From Puniceicoccales bacterium (GTDB lineage: Bacteria > Verrucomicrobiota > Verrucomicrobiia > Opitutales > UBA9783): a DNA stretch of 64,000 nucleotides. Below the pieces are notes generated by a model, which was given only the letters and a program-made list of their open reading frames with translations, searched no databases and was not told where the DNA came from. Positions 47,219-56,733 of the stretch are shown one piece after another (within the stretch, counting starts at the first letter, position 1; the number at the start of each line of letters is the position of its first letter). Position numbers and translations under genes: made by a program. Location: NCBI GenBank assembly GCA_031266455.1, contig JAISBA010000002.1, forward strand, positions 1,937 to 65,936. Reading direction: 5' to 3'.

Positions 47219-48979
47219 ATGCAAATGAAATACGTAATCTTTCCCTGGTTAATAGGGGTATGCTTTTCTAATATGTGTCCTGGAACTTCGCATCCATCTT
47301 ATGCAAGAGCAATGCCCGTTCAGCCTTTTCAACCTACTGAAACTTCTCTTGCAGATAATCTTGCAGATAGTTTTCGTTCCACCTCGGCGCCACTCGTTCA
47401 ACAACGATCGGGAAGACGCAACATAAGTCCATTGATGGATGGCGAAATGTGTCAAATATTGGCTTATTTAAACAACAAGGCTTACGATAATTCAAAGCGA
47501 CTTGCGGAAGGTTTGTATATATTCCGAAATGCTACTTCTCCCGCCAGTTCATGGCTTAGCCAAGTCGGTGTTGTTTCAAAAGAACCGTTTATTGGAATAC
47601 ACGGTGTTGATGAAAATCAAGAAAAAGATTATCCTGGATTTCTAGCTTACCGCGTTCAAGAAAAGCCGGGAGAAGGGAAACATATTGACCTATTTGTTAC
47701 ACTTCGTGGATCTCAAGGAGAAGACTTTCAAGCATTAGGTGGATATGGAGGTGCCAGTTAGCTTACCAATTTTGATGCTGCTAAGTTAATTGACTTGGGG
47801 GCTGAATTTGGAATTCCAGATAAATATTTTACACCCGGAGATGCAAGGAAACTCAGTTTGCATCAAGGCTATGCAAGAAAGTTCATATCTTTTAAGCCAA
47901 ATTTGAGGCATCGCTTGATGGAATTGTTGCATGAAGATTTAAAGATAGTTCCATTCGATATATTGGCAGAGGGTTTTTCGGACAAAGACAGAAATTTAAG
48001 AGGTCTCGCTCTCAAGTCGCATGTGGATCATGTACGTAAATGTACATACCAAATATATTGCACGGGGCATAGCCAAGGAGGAGGTGTTGCGCAGGTTACT
48101 GTAGCCTATTTGACAACCCTCCTGGGTGAATACCTGTATGGGCCGAATTTTGACAATAAAGAATTCAACTCGGTTTACGGTGTTTTTATATCTCCAGCGC
48201 GTGCTTGGGGTAATAAAAGTACGCGCGCCGTTTACGAAAATGTTGTTGGGGTAAATAATATGATAGGGTATAGTAGTGTCATGGACATTGTAACATGCAT
48301 GCCGTTAGGGCACAACATTGAAAAAGACAAAGCTAATGCTACGATGCTCAGTGTTGGGAAACACATTCTAAGGGGACTTGCTCCCTTTTTTACCCCTCCC
48401 TATAATGAGTTGGTAAAACTGATTTGTAACAGCGAGAATAGCTACGAAACGTTAACACATTGGTGCTTTGAGGATCCTGTCCGCGTTTTTACGGAGTATT
48501 GCAAATCAAATATCGCAACCATCAACCTATTTGTAGGAGATGTAAAGGCGGGAAAATTGGTAGTAGATAACGAAGCACCGTATGTAAAATCTCTATTGGA
48601 GGTGCGAAAAAAATTCAAAGATTTTTTTAACAATAAAAGACAAGCAGAAGAGTTAAGGACGCTCATCAAAGAGGTACAAGAAGCATATTTTTTCGCCCAC
48701 AAAGATGGTTTTTTATTTGTCAGGACAAAGCGTAATTTTCATGCTCTTAAGGCAATAGCAAAACTAAAAAAGGTCATCGAAATATGCATGGGCCCAGAAC
48801 ATTTTATCGCTTCACAGCACTTGGGGGCGTACGCCTACAATCATGTTTTGGCGGATGATGGGCTGATTAAAACGAATTTGGGTCCATTTTTTAATGCTCA
48901 GCTATTATCCTTTGATTTGCAACGAGGTGCCGAAGATGCCGACATCTATTTCGCAAAGAAAGAAAGTATGACCAAGTAG
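47219..48979 (+). pseudogene. class 3 lipase-like alpha/beta hydrolase, interrupted by one in-frame TAG (47759-47761)
   Basis: The two listed ORFs (47219-47761 and 47795-48979) share one frame and together are collinear with the intact paralog at 49329-51215. The stop corresponds to a Trp codon in the paralog (GASWLTN versus GAS*LTN). Lipase_3-type motifs FVTLRGSQG, HQGYA and CTGHSQGGGVAQ are present. Confidence 0.7.
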
Positions 48980-48991
48980 TGAAGTGAACCC

Positions 48992-49203
48992 TAAAAGCAG
49001 GTTTCTTTGACAAGAGTTATACTAACAAACATTGGCTTAGGAATTAAACTAAAATACTCAAATGTAATCGTCATACGATAGGTTTTGTGTATTGGTTTAC
49101 AAACGTACGAGTTATATAAGAGATGGAGTATCTTCATTCGCGTCTTTGGCAATTGATTTTTACACATTAATAAATATCCGTACTGCAAAAAACTTAGGTA
49201 GGT
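48992..49203. repeat. 212-bp non-coding repeat, copy A (3' flank of lipase-like gene A)
   Basis: About 92% identical (16 mismatches by hand alignment) to 51229-51440. Identity includes perfect blocks of 51 nt and 39 nt. Confidence 0.85.
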
Positions 49204-49328
49204 ACACAAACCATCATTGAGTGTTCTGTAAAGCTTACAAGATATGATTTCCCTTTTGAAAATCAACTAGAGGTTATGGATGCAAGTACACTATTTTTGG
49301 CATTAAAAATGCTCTTTAAGCTAATTAT

Positions 49329-51215
49329 ATGAGATACACTATCTTGCATTTGTTAATATTTGTAAACTTTTTATGCACGTGCTTGGGAACTATAAATCCA
49401 TTTAAAGAGAGTAATGTTGAATATTTTTCAGAACCGGAAGTTCCTATCGACCCTGTTTTTGGTGAGAAAACATCGGTATGGAAAGATTCAGATCAAAATG
49501 TTTTTTCACCTAGTTTGTATGAGGAACGTACAAATAAAAAATCTGCCATAATTGTTGATAAGACTAACGAACGTAAGAGTAACTTTCTTTCCAAATCGGA
49601 ACCACTTATTCAACAAAAATTGGGGAAGAGTATTGTAAGCTCATTGGCAGACAAAGGGATATGTCAAATATTAGCTTACTTAAATGCTAAAGCTTACGGC
49701 AACACAAAACGGTTGTCGGAAGATCAGTTCGTATTTGGTGGGGATTTGTACGGGATAAAAGGGGAAGATACTTCTCCGGCTAGCCAATGGTTAATAGAAA
49801 AAGGAATTATTGCACAAGAACCATTTGTTGGACTGCATGGTGCAGGTAAAAATAAGGAATTAGATTATCCTGGTTTTGTATCCTACCGCATCCATGAAAA
49901 GTCGGATGGATGGAAACATGTGGAAATATTTGTTACATTTCGAGGATCTCAAGGAGAAGATTTTCAGGCATTAGGTGGGCTTGTAGGTGCCAGTTGGTTG
50001 ACCAATTTAGATGCCGATAAATTACAATTAAGTGGAGTCGAATTAGGGATTTCTGATAAATATTTTACCCCTAATGGTGATAAACAACTTAAGGGACATC
50101 AAGGCTACGCGCAAAAATTTATGTCTTTTAAGTCAAGTTTTAGTAATCACTTGGTGAAGTTGTTTAAGAACGATTTGAATCTGGTTGATTACAATGCGTT
50201 GTTAGATCATTTTTCAGATAAAGATAAAAGTTTAAAAGGTGTCGCACTTAAGTCGCGCGTAGATAGTGAACGTAAATGTACATTTCAAGTATATTGTACG
50301 GGACACAGTCAAGGAGGTGGAGTTGCGCAGATTTCTATAGCATTTTTAACGATATATATAGGTGAGTATTTGTATGGCCCTAATTTTGACAATAAAGACT
50401 TTAACCTGGTTTACGGTATTTTTATGTCTCCTGCACGTGCCTGGGGTGATGAACGTACACGTCTTGTTTATGAAAGCGTTGTTGGAGTAAATAATATGGT
50501 AGGGTATAGCACCGTTATGGATCTTGTAACGTGTCTTCCGTTAGGCCACAATATTGAAAAGGATAAAGGTAAGGTCGTATTTCTTAGTATTGGAAAACAT
50601 ATTTTAAGTGGAATTGCTGGACTGTTAGGGAACCCTTATTCTGATTTAATAAAATTAATTTGTAAAAGTGAAAATAGCTACGAAACATTAATCCATTGGG
50701 CTTTTGAGGATCCCGTAGGTATTTTCTCAAAGTACTGTAGGTTGAATATTGAAAAGATTGATGCTTTTGTAAAAGATGTAAAGGCTAAGAAAATTGTTGT
50801 AAATGATGAAACAAAATACGTAAAATCTCTGTTGGAAGAGAAAAAGAATTTCGAAAATTTCATCGGTAATCCAAAAAATGTAAGCAGTTTGAATACGCTT
50901 ATCAAAGAGACCCAAGAGGAGTATTTTTACGCCCATAGAGAAGGTGGTTTGTTTGTCACGATAAGGCGTGATTATCATGCTTTGAGAGCCGTAAAACGAC
51001 TGATTGAGGCTGTTAAAATGTGTGGCAGTCCTGTAGATTTCATTGCTTCGCAGCACTTTGGTGTGTATACCTGCAACCGTTCTTTGGAAAAAAATGAGGT
51101 AATTACAACAAACCTAGGTCAATATTTTAATCCTGAGATTTTGTCTTTTGATTTACAGCAATGTGCCGAACGTGCTGATGCTTACTATGAAAAGAAAAAC
51201 CGTCTAGTTAAATAA
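49329..51215 (+). CDS. secreted class 3 lipase-like alpha/beta hydrolase
   Basis: Signal peptide MRYTILHLLIFVNFLCTCLG. Lipase_3-type motifs FVTFRGSQG, HQGYA and the nucleophile elbow CTGHSQGGGVAQ. Confidence 0.75.
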   Translation: MRYTILHLLIFVNFLCTCLGTINPFKESNVEYFSEPEVPIDPVFGEKTSVWKDSDQNVFSPSLYEERTNKKSAIIVDKTNERKSNFLSKSEPLIQQKLGKSIVSSLADKGICQILAYLNAKAYGNTKRLSEDQFVFGGDLYGIKGEDTSPASQWLIEKGIIAQEPFVGLHGAGKNKELDYPGFVSYRIHEKSDGWKHVEIFVTFRGSQGEDFQALGGLVGASWLTNLDADKLQLSGVELGISDKYFTPNGDKQLKGHQGYAQKFMSFKSSFSNHLVKLFKNDLNLVDYNALLDHFSDKDKSLKGVALKSRVDSERKCTFQVYCTGHSQGGGVAQISIAFLTIYIGEYLYGPNFDNKDFNLVYGIFMSPARAWGDERTRLVYESVVGVNNMVGYSTVMDLVTCLPLGHNIEKDKGKVVFLSIGKHILSGIAGLLGNPYSDLIKLICKSENSYETLIHWAFEDPVGIFSKYCRLNIEKIDAFVKDVKAKKIVVNDETKYVKSLLEEKKNFENFIGNPKNVSSLNTLIKETQEEYFYAHREGGLFVTIRRDYHALRAVKRLIEAVKMCGSPVDFIASQHFGVYTCNRSLEKNEVITTNLGQYFNPEILSFDLQQCAERADAYYEKKNRLVK

Positions 51216-51228
51216 CTAGACAAATCCG

Positions 51229-51440
51229 TAAAAGCAGATTTCTTTGACAAGAGTTATACCAACAAATATTGGCTTAGGAATTAAACTAAAATACTCAAAT
51301 GTAATCGTTCTATGATAGATTCTGTGTATTGGTTTACAAACGTACGAGTTATATAAGAGATGGAGTATCTTCATTCACGTCTTTGGTAATGGGTGTTTAC
51401 ACATTAATAAATATCCGTACTTCAAAAAACTTACATAGGT
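51229..51440. repeat. 212-bp non-coding repeat, copy B (3' flank of lipase-like gene B)
   Basis: See copy A. It holds the same position relative to the stop codon of its lipase gene. Confidence 0.85.
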
Positions 51441-51535
51441 CATTTTTTCATCTTGTGCAAATCGCCATCTTGATTTGAAAATTTTGTTTCGTTTTACCTT
51501 GCTTGGATGGGCCATTTTTCATATATCAAGAAAAT

Positions 51536-51898
51536 ATGCAGGAAGTGCAAGAACGCTTGTTGACGGTTGTGAATCAAATCAAAGAAAAATATCCTTTGTA
51601 TGGGAGACGAGCTTATTTTTTTATTTACGAAGTCGTAGGATTTACGGGCAAAAAATTACAATTATCCGATAAACAACATATTACGGCTGAAAATTTTTTA
51701 AAAGGTTTTCGTGATTTAACCAAAGAATCTTTTGGACCTATGGCAATGGATGTTTTGAAGTCGTGGAATGTACAAAATTGTGAAGACATTGGACGTATCG
51801 TAAGTCATTTCGTTGAATTTAACGTATTACGTAAGGAATCATCCGATTCTTTTGACGATTTTACCCGTTACCAATTTGATTTCAATCAGGTATTTTAG
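51536..51898 (+). CDS. Minf_1886-family protein (PVC-superphylum conserved hypothetical)
   Basis: Y....AY.F....V.FT.........HI.....L.G.RD....FGPMA..VL..W.....EDIG.IV...VE...L.....DS.DDF matches my recollection of this family. The start is set at the first ATG. Confidence 0.6.
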   Translation: MQEVQERLLTVVNQIKEKYPLYGRRAYFFIYEVVGFTGKKLQLSDKQHITAENFLKGFRDLTKESFGPMAMDVLKSWNVQNCEDIGRIVSHFVEFNVLRKESSDSFDDFTRYQFDFNQVF

Positions 51899-51899
51899 T

Positions 51900-52538
51900 A
51901 TGCTAAATATCCATGCTTACACCTTTGGTCCTTACGAAAATTGCGTGTACGTGATGTATGCCAACGTAAAAAAAGTAGCCGTTATCATAGATGCCGCTTC
52001 CGGTAGTTTTGATGGATTAAAAAAATGCCTGGCAGACCATGAAATTCATCTATTTTTGACGCATGGGCATTGGGATCACATGTGCGAAGCGGCTAAGTTT
52101 CAACGCGAGCTAAAAGCGGTTGTATACGCTCATAAAGCGGACCAGGACTGGTTTACAACGGAACAATCTAAATATGCACCTCCCGGCATTTTTTTTGAAA
52201 CAATTGCTCCTGATGTCTGGGTAGAGCATGGGCAAATGATTCAATGTAGTGACTTGGTTATTAAAGTATTGCACACACCCGGGCATACGCTTGGGCAAAT
52301 TGCGTTGTACATGGAATCTCTAGGCAGCGTATTTGTGGGAGATACTTTGTTTCGTCGCACCGTAGGTAGGACTGATTTGCCGGGTGGAAATTTTGATCAA
52401 TTGAAAGACTCCGTTCGGCGCATTTTGTACACTTTACCCGAAGATACGGTTGTTTATCCGGGTCACGGTGAAAAGACGAGCATAGGCGCTGAGCAAAAGC
52501 ATAACCCTATCGTTCCTTTGGGTGAAAATTCTCTTTAG
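51900..52538 (+). CDS. MBL-fold metallo-hydrolase (glyoxalase II-like)
   Basis: THGHWDH metal motif, HTPGHT, and GDTLF....GRTDLPGG. The start is at the internal ATG one nucleotide after the upstream stop. Confidence 0.85.
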   Translation: MLNIHAYTFGPYENCVYVMYANVKKVAVIIDAASGSFDGLKKCLADHEIHLFLTHGHWDHMCEAAKFQRELKAVVYAHKADQDWFTTEQSKYAPPGIFFETIAPDVWVEHGQMIQCSDLVIKVLHTPGHTLGQIALYMESLGSVFVGDTLFRRTVGRTDLPGGNFDQLKDSVRRILYTLPEDTVVYPGHGEKTSIGAEQKHNPIVPLGENSL

Positions 52539-52727
52539 ATAGCACTTTTGTCTTTTCTACTAGAGAAAAGTAGGCATGCGTATGACACTTATGGATATAC
52601 GCAAGAAGTAAGCGATGCAGCATTTAGGTTTACCTGCATTAAAATTTGAAGATTCACGGTGAAAATTTTTGCAAATAAACGTTGAGAGTACTTGCCATTT
52701 ACTGTTTAACAGATGAGTCTTAGGCGT

Positions 52728-53843
52728 ATGCAAATTTTTGTTCCGGGAGAGAAACAAGAAGAAACTCGGGTGGCGGTAACCCCCGACACGGTGGAAAAGT
52801 TCAAAAAATTAGGCATTGAGGTTTGTGTCGAAGAGGGTATAGGTGAGGCAAGTTTTTACTCGGATGAAGCTTACCGTTTGGCAGGTGCATGCGTTGTTCT
52901 CAATGAGCACCGCCTCGGACAATTAGAACACACCGATTGCATTTTGCACGTTTTGCCTTTGGATGAAACCTGCTTACTGCACGTTAAGGAGAATGCCTGG
53001 CATATCAGCTTTTTTGATGCTTTTCACTACGCATCTCTGCTGGATTCGTTTAAACAACGTAAACTCAACGTCGTTAGTTTGGAACGTATCCCAAGAATCT
53101 CTTTGGCGCAAAAAATGGATGCATTGAGTTCACAGTCAAGTTTAGCGGGATACGTGGCGGTTATTCAAGGAGCAAGTCATTTGATGCGCACGTTACCCAT
53201 GATGGTTACACCGGCAGGAACTTTACAGGCCGTACGCGTTTTTGTCATCGGCGCAGGGGTTGCCGGGTTGCAGGCGATTGCAACGGCTAAGCGTTTGGGG
53301 GCTCGCGTGGAAGCTTTTGATACGCGCCCTGAAGTGGAGGAGCAAGTCCATTCTTTGGGGGCAAAATTTTTGAAAATCGATCTGGGTAAAACGGAAAGTA
53401 CCTCCCAAGGATACGCAAAAGCTTTAACGGAAGAACAGTTGAACCATCAGCGTCAGTGGATGGCGCGTACGTGTTCGCATGCGGATATGGTAATCACAAC
53501 GGCGAAGGTTTTTGGACGTAAGGCACCCCTTATTTTAACGCAATCCATCATCGATCAAATGCATGCCGGCAGCGTGATCGTTGATTTAGCGGTCGAAACG
53601 GGAGGCAATACGGAAGGATTGATTCCGGGCAAAAATATCATGTCCAAAAAAGGTGTCTTTATTTTAGGCGAGGGGTATTGGGAACGTAAGGTGGCAACGG
53701 CCGCAAGCCAAATGCTTGCCGCCAATCTTTACGCTTTTGTGGAACATTTTTGGTCATCGGAAACAAAGTTTTTAAAAAGTGATACGGAAGATGATATTTT
53801 AAAAAGTTGCATGTGCATAAAAGCGGGAGAAGTACGTTTTTAA
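52728..53843 (+). CDS. pntA: NAD(P) transhydrogenase alpha subunit, dI domain (PntAA-like) / alanine dehydrogenase family
   Basis: MQIFVPGEKQEETRVA..P, SLAGY.AV and the Rossmann motif VFVIGAGVAGLQAIATAKRLGA.V.AFDTR. No membrane dII or dIII genes are adjacent. Confidence 0.75.
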   Translation: MQIFVPGEKQEETRVAVTPDTVEKFKKLGIEVCVEEGIGEASFYSDEAYRLAGACVVLNEHRLGQLEHTDCILHVLPLDETCLLHVKENAWHISFFDAFHYASLLDSFKQRKLNVVSLERIPRISLAQKMDALSSQSSLAGYVAVIQGASHLMRTLPMMVTPAGTLQAVRVFVIGAGVAGLQAIATAKRLGARVEAFDTRPEVEEQVHSLGAKFLKIDLGKTESTSQGYAKALTEEQLNHQRQWMARTCSHADMVITTAKVFGRKAPLILTQSIIDQMHAGSVIVDLAVETGGNTEGLIPGKNIMSKKGVFILGEGYWERKVATAASQMLAANLYAFVEHFWSSETKFLKSDTEDDILKSCMCIKAGEVRF

Positions 53844-53846
53844 AGC

Positions 53847-55130
53847 ATGGGAAAACCGCAGCCGAGTTTATTTGCATCAACCGAAAATACCCTTTATAAG
53901 CCGTTGGCTGAACGTATGCGACCGGTATGCTTGCAGGATTTAGTTGGACAAGGACATTTAGTCTCCAAAGAAAGTGCTTTCCTGCGATGGATAGAACAGG
54001 GAGGGATCGGTAATGTGCTCTTGTATGGCCCACCCGGTTGTGGTAAAACCTCACTAGCCCAATTGATGGTCCATCAATTGCGGCGTAACCTGATTACGAT
54101 CAACGCAGTACTGTCCAATTTGGGAGAGCTCAGAGAATGTCTAAGGCAGGCGGAACAAAGTCAGGGAAATTCACTTTTGTTCATCGATGAAATTCATCGT
54201 TTTAACCGTTCCCAACAGGATGCCCTGTTACCTTTTTGTGAAACGGGACGTGTGCAGCTGATCGGTGCAACCACACGCCATCCCGCTTTTTATTTAATTC
54301 CGCCACTTTTAAGTCGCAGTTATTTGTTTGAATTGAAGGCATTGGAATCGAAGGATATTGCCCGAGTACTTAAAAACGCTTTAAAAGATTCGAAAAATGG
54401 ATTAGGTGCATTAAACATTGAAGCGGAGGAAGAAGCGATCGAATCTGTGGCCAATGCTACGCAGGGAGACTTGCGTCGTGCACTTAATTTATTGGAATAT
54501 CTCTGTCTAGGCTTACCCATAGGATCTTGTTTACAAGCTTCGTGGGTTCAAAAAGAATTGAAACAGTGGAAAAATACTTATGATGCGCGCGAGTCCGATC
54601 ATTATGATTGTATTTCTGCATTCATCAAAAGCGTACGCGGTAGTGATCCGGATGCGGCTCTGTATTGGTTGGCACGCATGTTAAAAGGTGGAGAAGATCC
54701 TTTGTACGTGGCACGTCGCTTAATGATTTTGGCTTCCGAAGATGTGGGATTGGCGGATTCTCGGGGGTTAAATTTGGCAAGTTCCGTTTACTTGGCTTGC
54801 GAAAAAATTGGAATGCCTGAATGCGCCATTCCCTTGTCGCACGTTACACTTTTTTTGGCATTGGCTCCCAAAAGCAACAGCGCCTACATGGCTTGGCAGG
54901 CAGCTTGCGACTTCGTTGCCAACGGTCGTTTGCAGACAGTCCCCGATTATTTGCGCGCAAAGGTATCCAAAACTTCGGAACCCTACTTGTATTCTCACGA
55001 TTTTGAAGCGAACGTTTCCGGACAAAAATATTGGGATGAAGCTCAGCAGTTTTATCACTTGAAACCGATAGGCGCAGAGCAGAATTTTTTGCCGCTATAC
55101 AAGCATCGACGTCAATTGAAAGAAAAGTAA
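53847..55130 (+). CDS. rarA: replication-associated recombination protein A (RarA/MgsA)
   Basis: Walker A GPPGCGKTSLA, Walker B FIDEIHRFN, and the C-terminal MgsA domain (HYD.ISAFIKS.RGSDPDAALYWLARML.GGEDP.Y..RRL). Confidence 0.9.
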   Translation: MGKPQPSLFASTENTLYKPLAERMRPVCLQDLVGQGHLVSKESAFLRWIEQGGIGNVLLYGPPGCGKTSLAQLMVHQLRRNLITINAVLSNLGELRECLRQAEQSQGNSLLFIDEIHRFNRSQQDALLPFCETGRVQLIGATTRHPAFYLIPPLLSRSYLFELKALESKDIARVLKNALKDSKNGLGALNIEAEEEAIESVANATQGDLRRALNLLEYLCLGLPIGSCLQASWVQKELKQWKNTYDARESDHYDCISAFIKSVRGSDPDAALYWLARMLKGGEDPLYVARRLMILASEDVGLADSRGLNLASSVYLACEKIGMPECAIPLSHVTLFLALAPKSNSAYMAWQAACDFVANGRLQTVPDYLRAKVSKTSEPYLYSHDFEANVSGQKYWDEAQQFYHLKPIGAEQNFLPLYKHRRQLKEK

Positions 55131-55247
55131 AGAAGGATATTTTATACGCCTTAGGGGGGAATTGTGTTTAGGATTTTACGTTGGGTTTCGTTGATTCGTA
55201 GCGAAAAATGATTGCAGAGGGTACTTTAAATGTACTTCATATAAGCT

Positions 55248-56723
55248 ATGAAAAGAACGGGGATTGCGCCCACCAGGGATGAAAATTACGCGGAATGGTA
55301 CCAGCAAGTCGTTCGTGCTGCCGATTTGGCCGAAAATTCTCCCGTACGCGGATGCATGGTGATTAAACCCTGGGGATACCGTATTTGGGAAACGTTACAA
55401 TCGAAGTTGGATAGCCGTTTTAGATCGACAGGGCATCAAAATGCCTATTTCCCTCTATTGATTCCCGTAAGTTTTTTGGAACGTGAATCGGAACACGTGG
55501 CAGGCTTTGCCAAAGAATGTGCGGTTGTGACTCACTCCAGGTTAAAATTAAACGATCAGCATCGCCTGGAACCTTGCTCTCCGCTGGAAGAGCCATACAT
55601 CGTAAGACCTACTTCGGAAACGATTATAGGCGAATCATTTTCTCGATGGATTCAATCGTATCGCGATTTACCCTTGCTGATTAATCAGTGGGCCAACGTG
55701 GTGCGCTGGGAAATGCGTACGAGACTATTTTTACGCACATCCGAATTCCTGTGGCAGGAAGGGCACACGGCCCACGCAACGGCCGAAGAAGCGCAAGAGG
55801 AAACGTTGAGAATGCTTGAAATTTACAAAGATGTTGCCGAAAACGAATTGGCTATTCCCGTAATCGTAGGTGAAAAAACGGCCAGCGAGCGGTTCCCGGG
55901 CGCAGTGTCAACTTATACTTTGGAAGCCATGATGCAAGATCGTAGAGCTTTGCAACTGGGAACGTCGCACTTCCTTGGGCAGAATTTCGCAAAGGCAATG
56001 CATATTTCTTTTGTGGATGAAGATGGCCAAAAAAAGTATGTTTGGACAACTTCCTGGGGTGTTACAACGCGTTTGATTGGAGCTCTCATCATGACGCATT
56101 CGGATGATGATGGTTTGATATTGCCTCCTCGCTTAGCCAATTTGCACGCAATTATCCTGCCTATCATTCACGAAGAAAGTAAACGTTGTCCGGTTGAAGA
56201 CTATTGCTTGAATTTACAGCAAACGCTTCAGGCAAACGCTGACATCGAAGTGCAGGCGGACACACGGGACTTACGTGGCGGTGAAAAGCGCTGGCAGTGG
56301 ATAAAAAAAGGTGTGTGCTGTTTGATTGAGATCGGGTCCAAGGAAGTTGAATCCAATACAGTTACTTTTGTCATGAGAGATGCCGTTGACCAAAGGGAAA
56401 CAATTTCGAAAGATAATTTTATACAACAATTGACCGATCGTTTGGAATCTTTGCAGCAGCGTCTGTTCAAGCAAGCCTTATGTGCACGCGATGCGGCCAC
56501 CGTACAGATTGCCGACGAAAAGGCATTTTATGAATTTTTTGAACGTGGGGGCGGATTTGTTTTGGGCTATTGGTCTGAAGACTCATCCATTGAGTCTCGC
56601 ATAAAGAACGAATTGAAAGTTACCGTCCGTTGTTTGCCATCAAAATATGCTGAAAAAAGAGGGCATTGTTTGTTCACGGGTAAAACTAACTGTCCTCTGG
56701 CCGTATTTGCAAAAGCATACTAA
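55248..56723 (+). CDS. proS: proline--tRNA ligase, archaeal/eukaryotic-like type
   Basis: Class II motifs (RPTSET, FLRTSEFLWQEGHT, GTSHFLGQNF), no bacterial INS editing insertion, and a C-terminus ending in Tyr (...FAKAY). Confidence 0.9.
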   Translation: MKRTGIAPTRDENYAEWYQQVVRAADLAENSPVRGCMVIKPWGYRIWETLQSKLDSRFRSTGHQNAYFPLLIPVSFLERESEHVAGFAKECAVVTHSRLKLNDQHRLEPCSPLEEPYIVRPTSETIIGESFSRWIQSYRDLPLLINQWANVVRWEMRTRLFLRTSEFLWQEGHTAHATAEEAQEETLRMLEIYKDVAENELAIPVIVGEKTASERFPGAVSTYTLEAMMQDRRALQLGTSHFLGQNFAKAMHISFVDEDGQKKYVWTTSWGVTTRLIGALIMTHSDDDGLILPPRLANLHAIILPIIHEESKRCPVEDYCLNLQQTLQANADIEVQADTRDLRGGEKRWQWIKKGVCCLIEIGSKEVESNTVTFVMRDAVDQRETISKDNFIQQLTDRLESLQQRLFKQALCARDAATVQIADEKAFYEFFERGGGFVLGYWSEDSSIESRIKNELKVTVRCLPSKYAEKRGHCLFTGKTNCPLAVFAKAY

Positions 56724-56733
56724 GATTCAGGAA

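Noticed and set aside
47759-47761. TAG in lipase copy A as programmed readthrough or pyrrolysine
   Set aside because: There are no pyl genes and no recoding signal in view, and the paralog has a plain TGG at this position. A G->A nonsense mutation or a sequencing error is more parsimonious.
48991-49266. 91-aa minus-strand ORF inside repeat copy A, and the shared 48/52-codon ORF MKILHLLYNSYVCKPIH...
   Set aside because: Copy B has a TGA where copy A has CGA, which breaks the long form. Within the shared short frame, all 9 nucleotide differences change the amino acid or the stop and none is synonymous. There is no Shine-Dalgarno sequence. This pattern is inconsistent with purifying selection on a protein.
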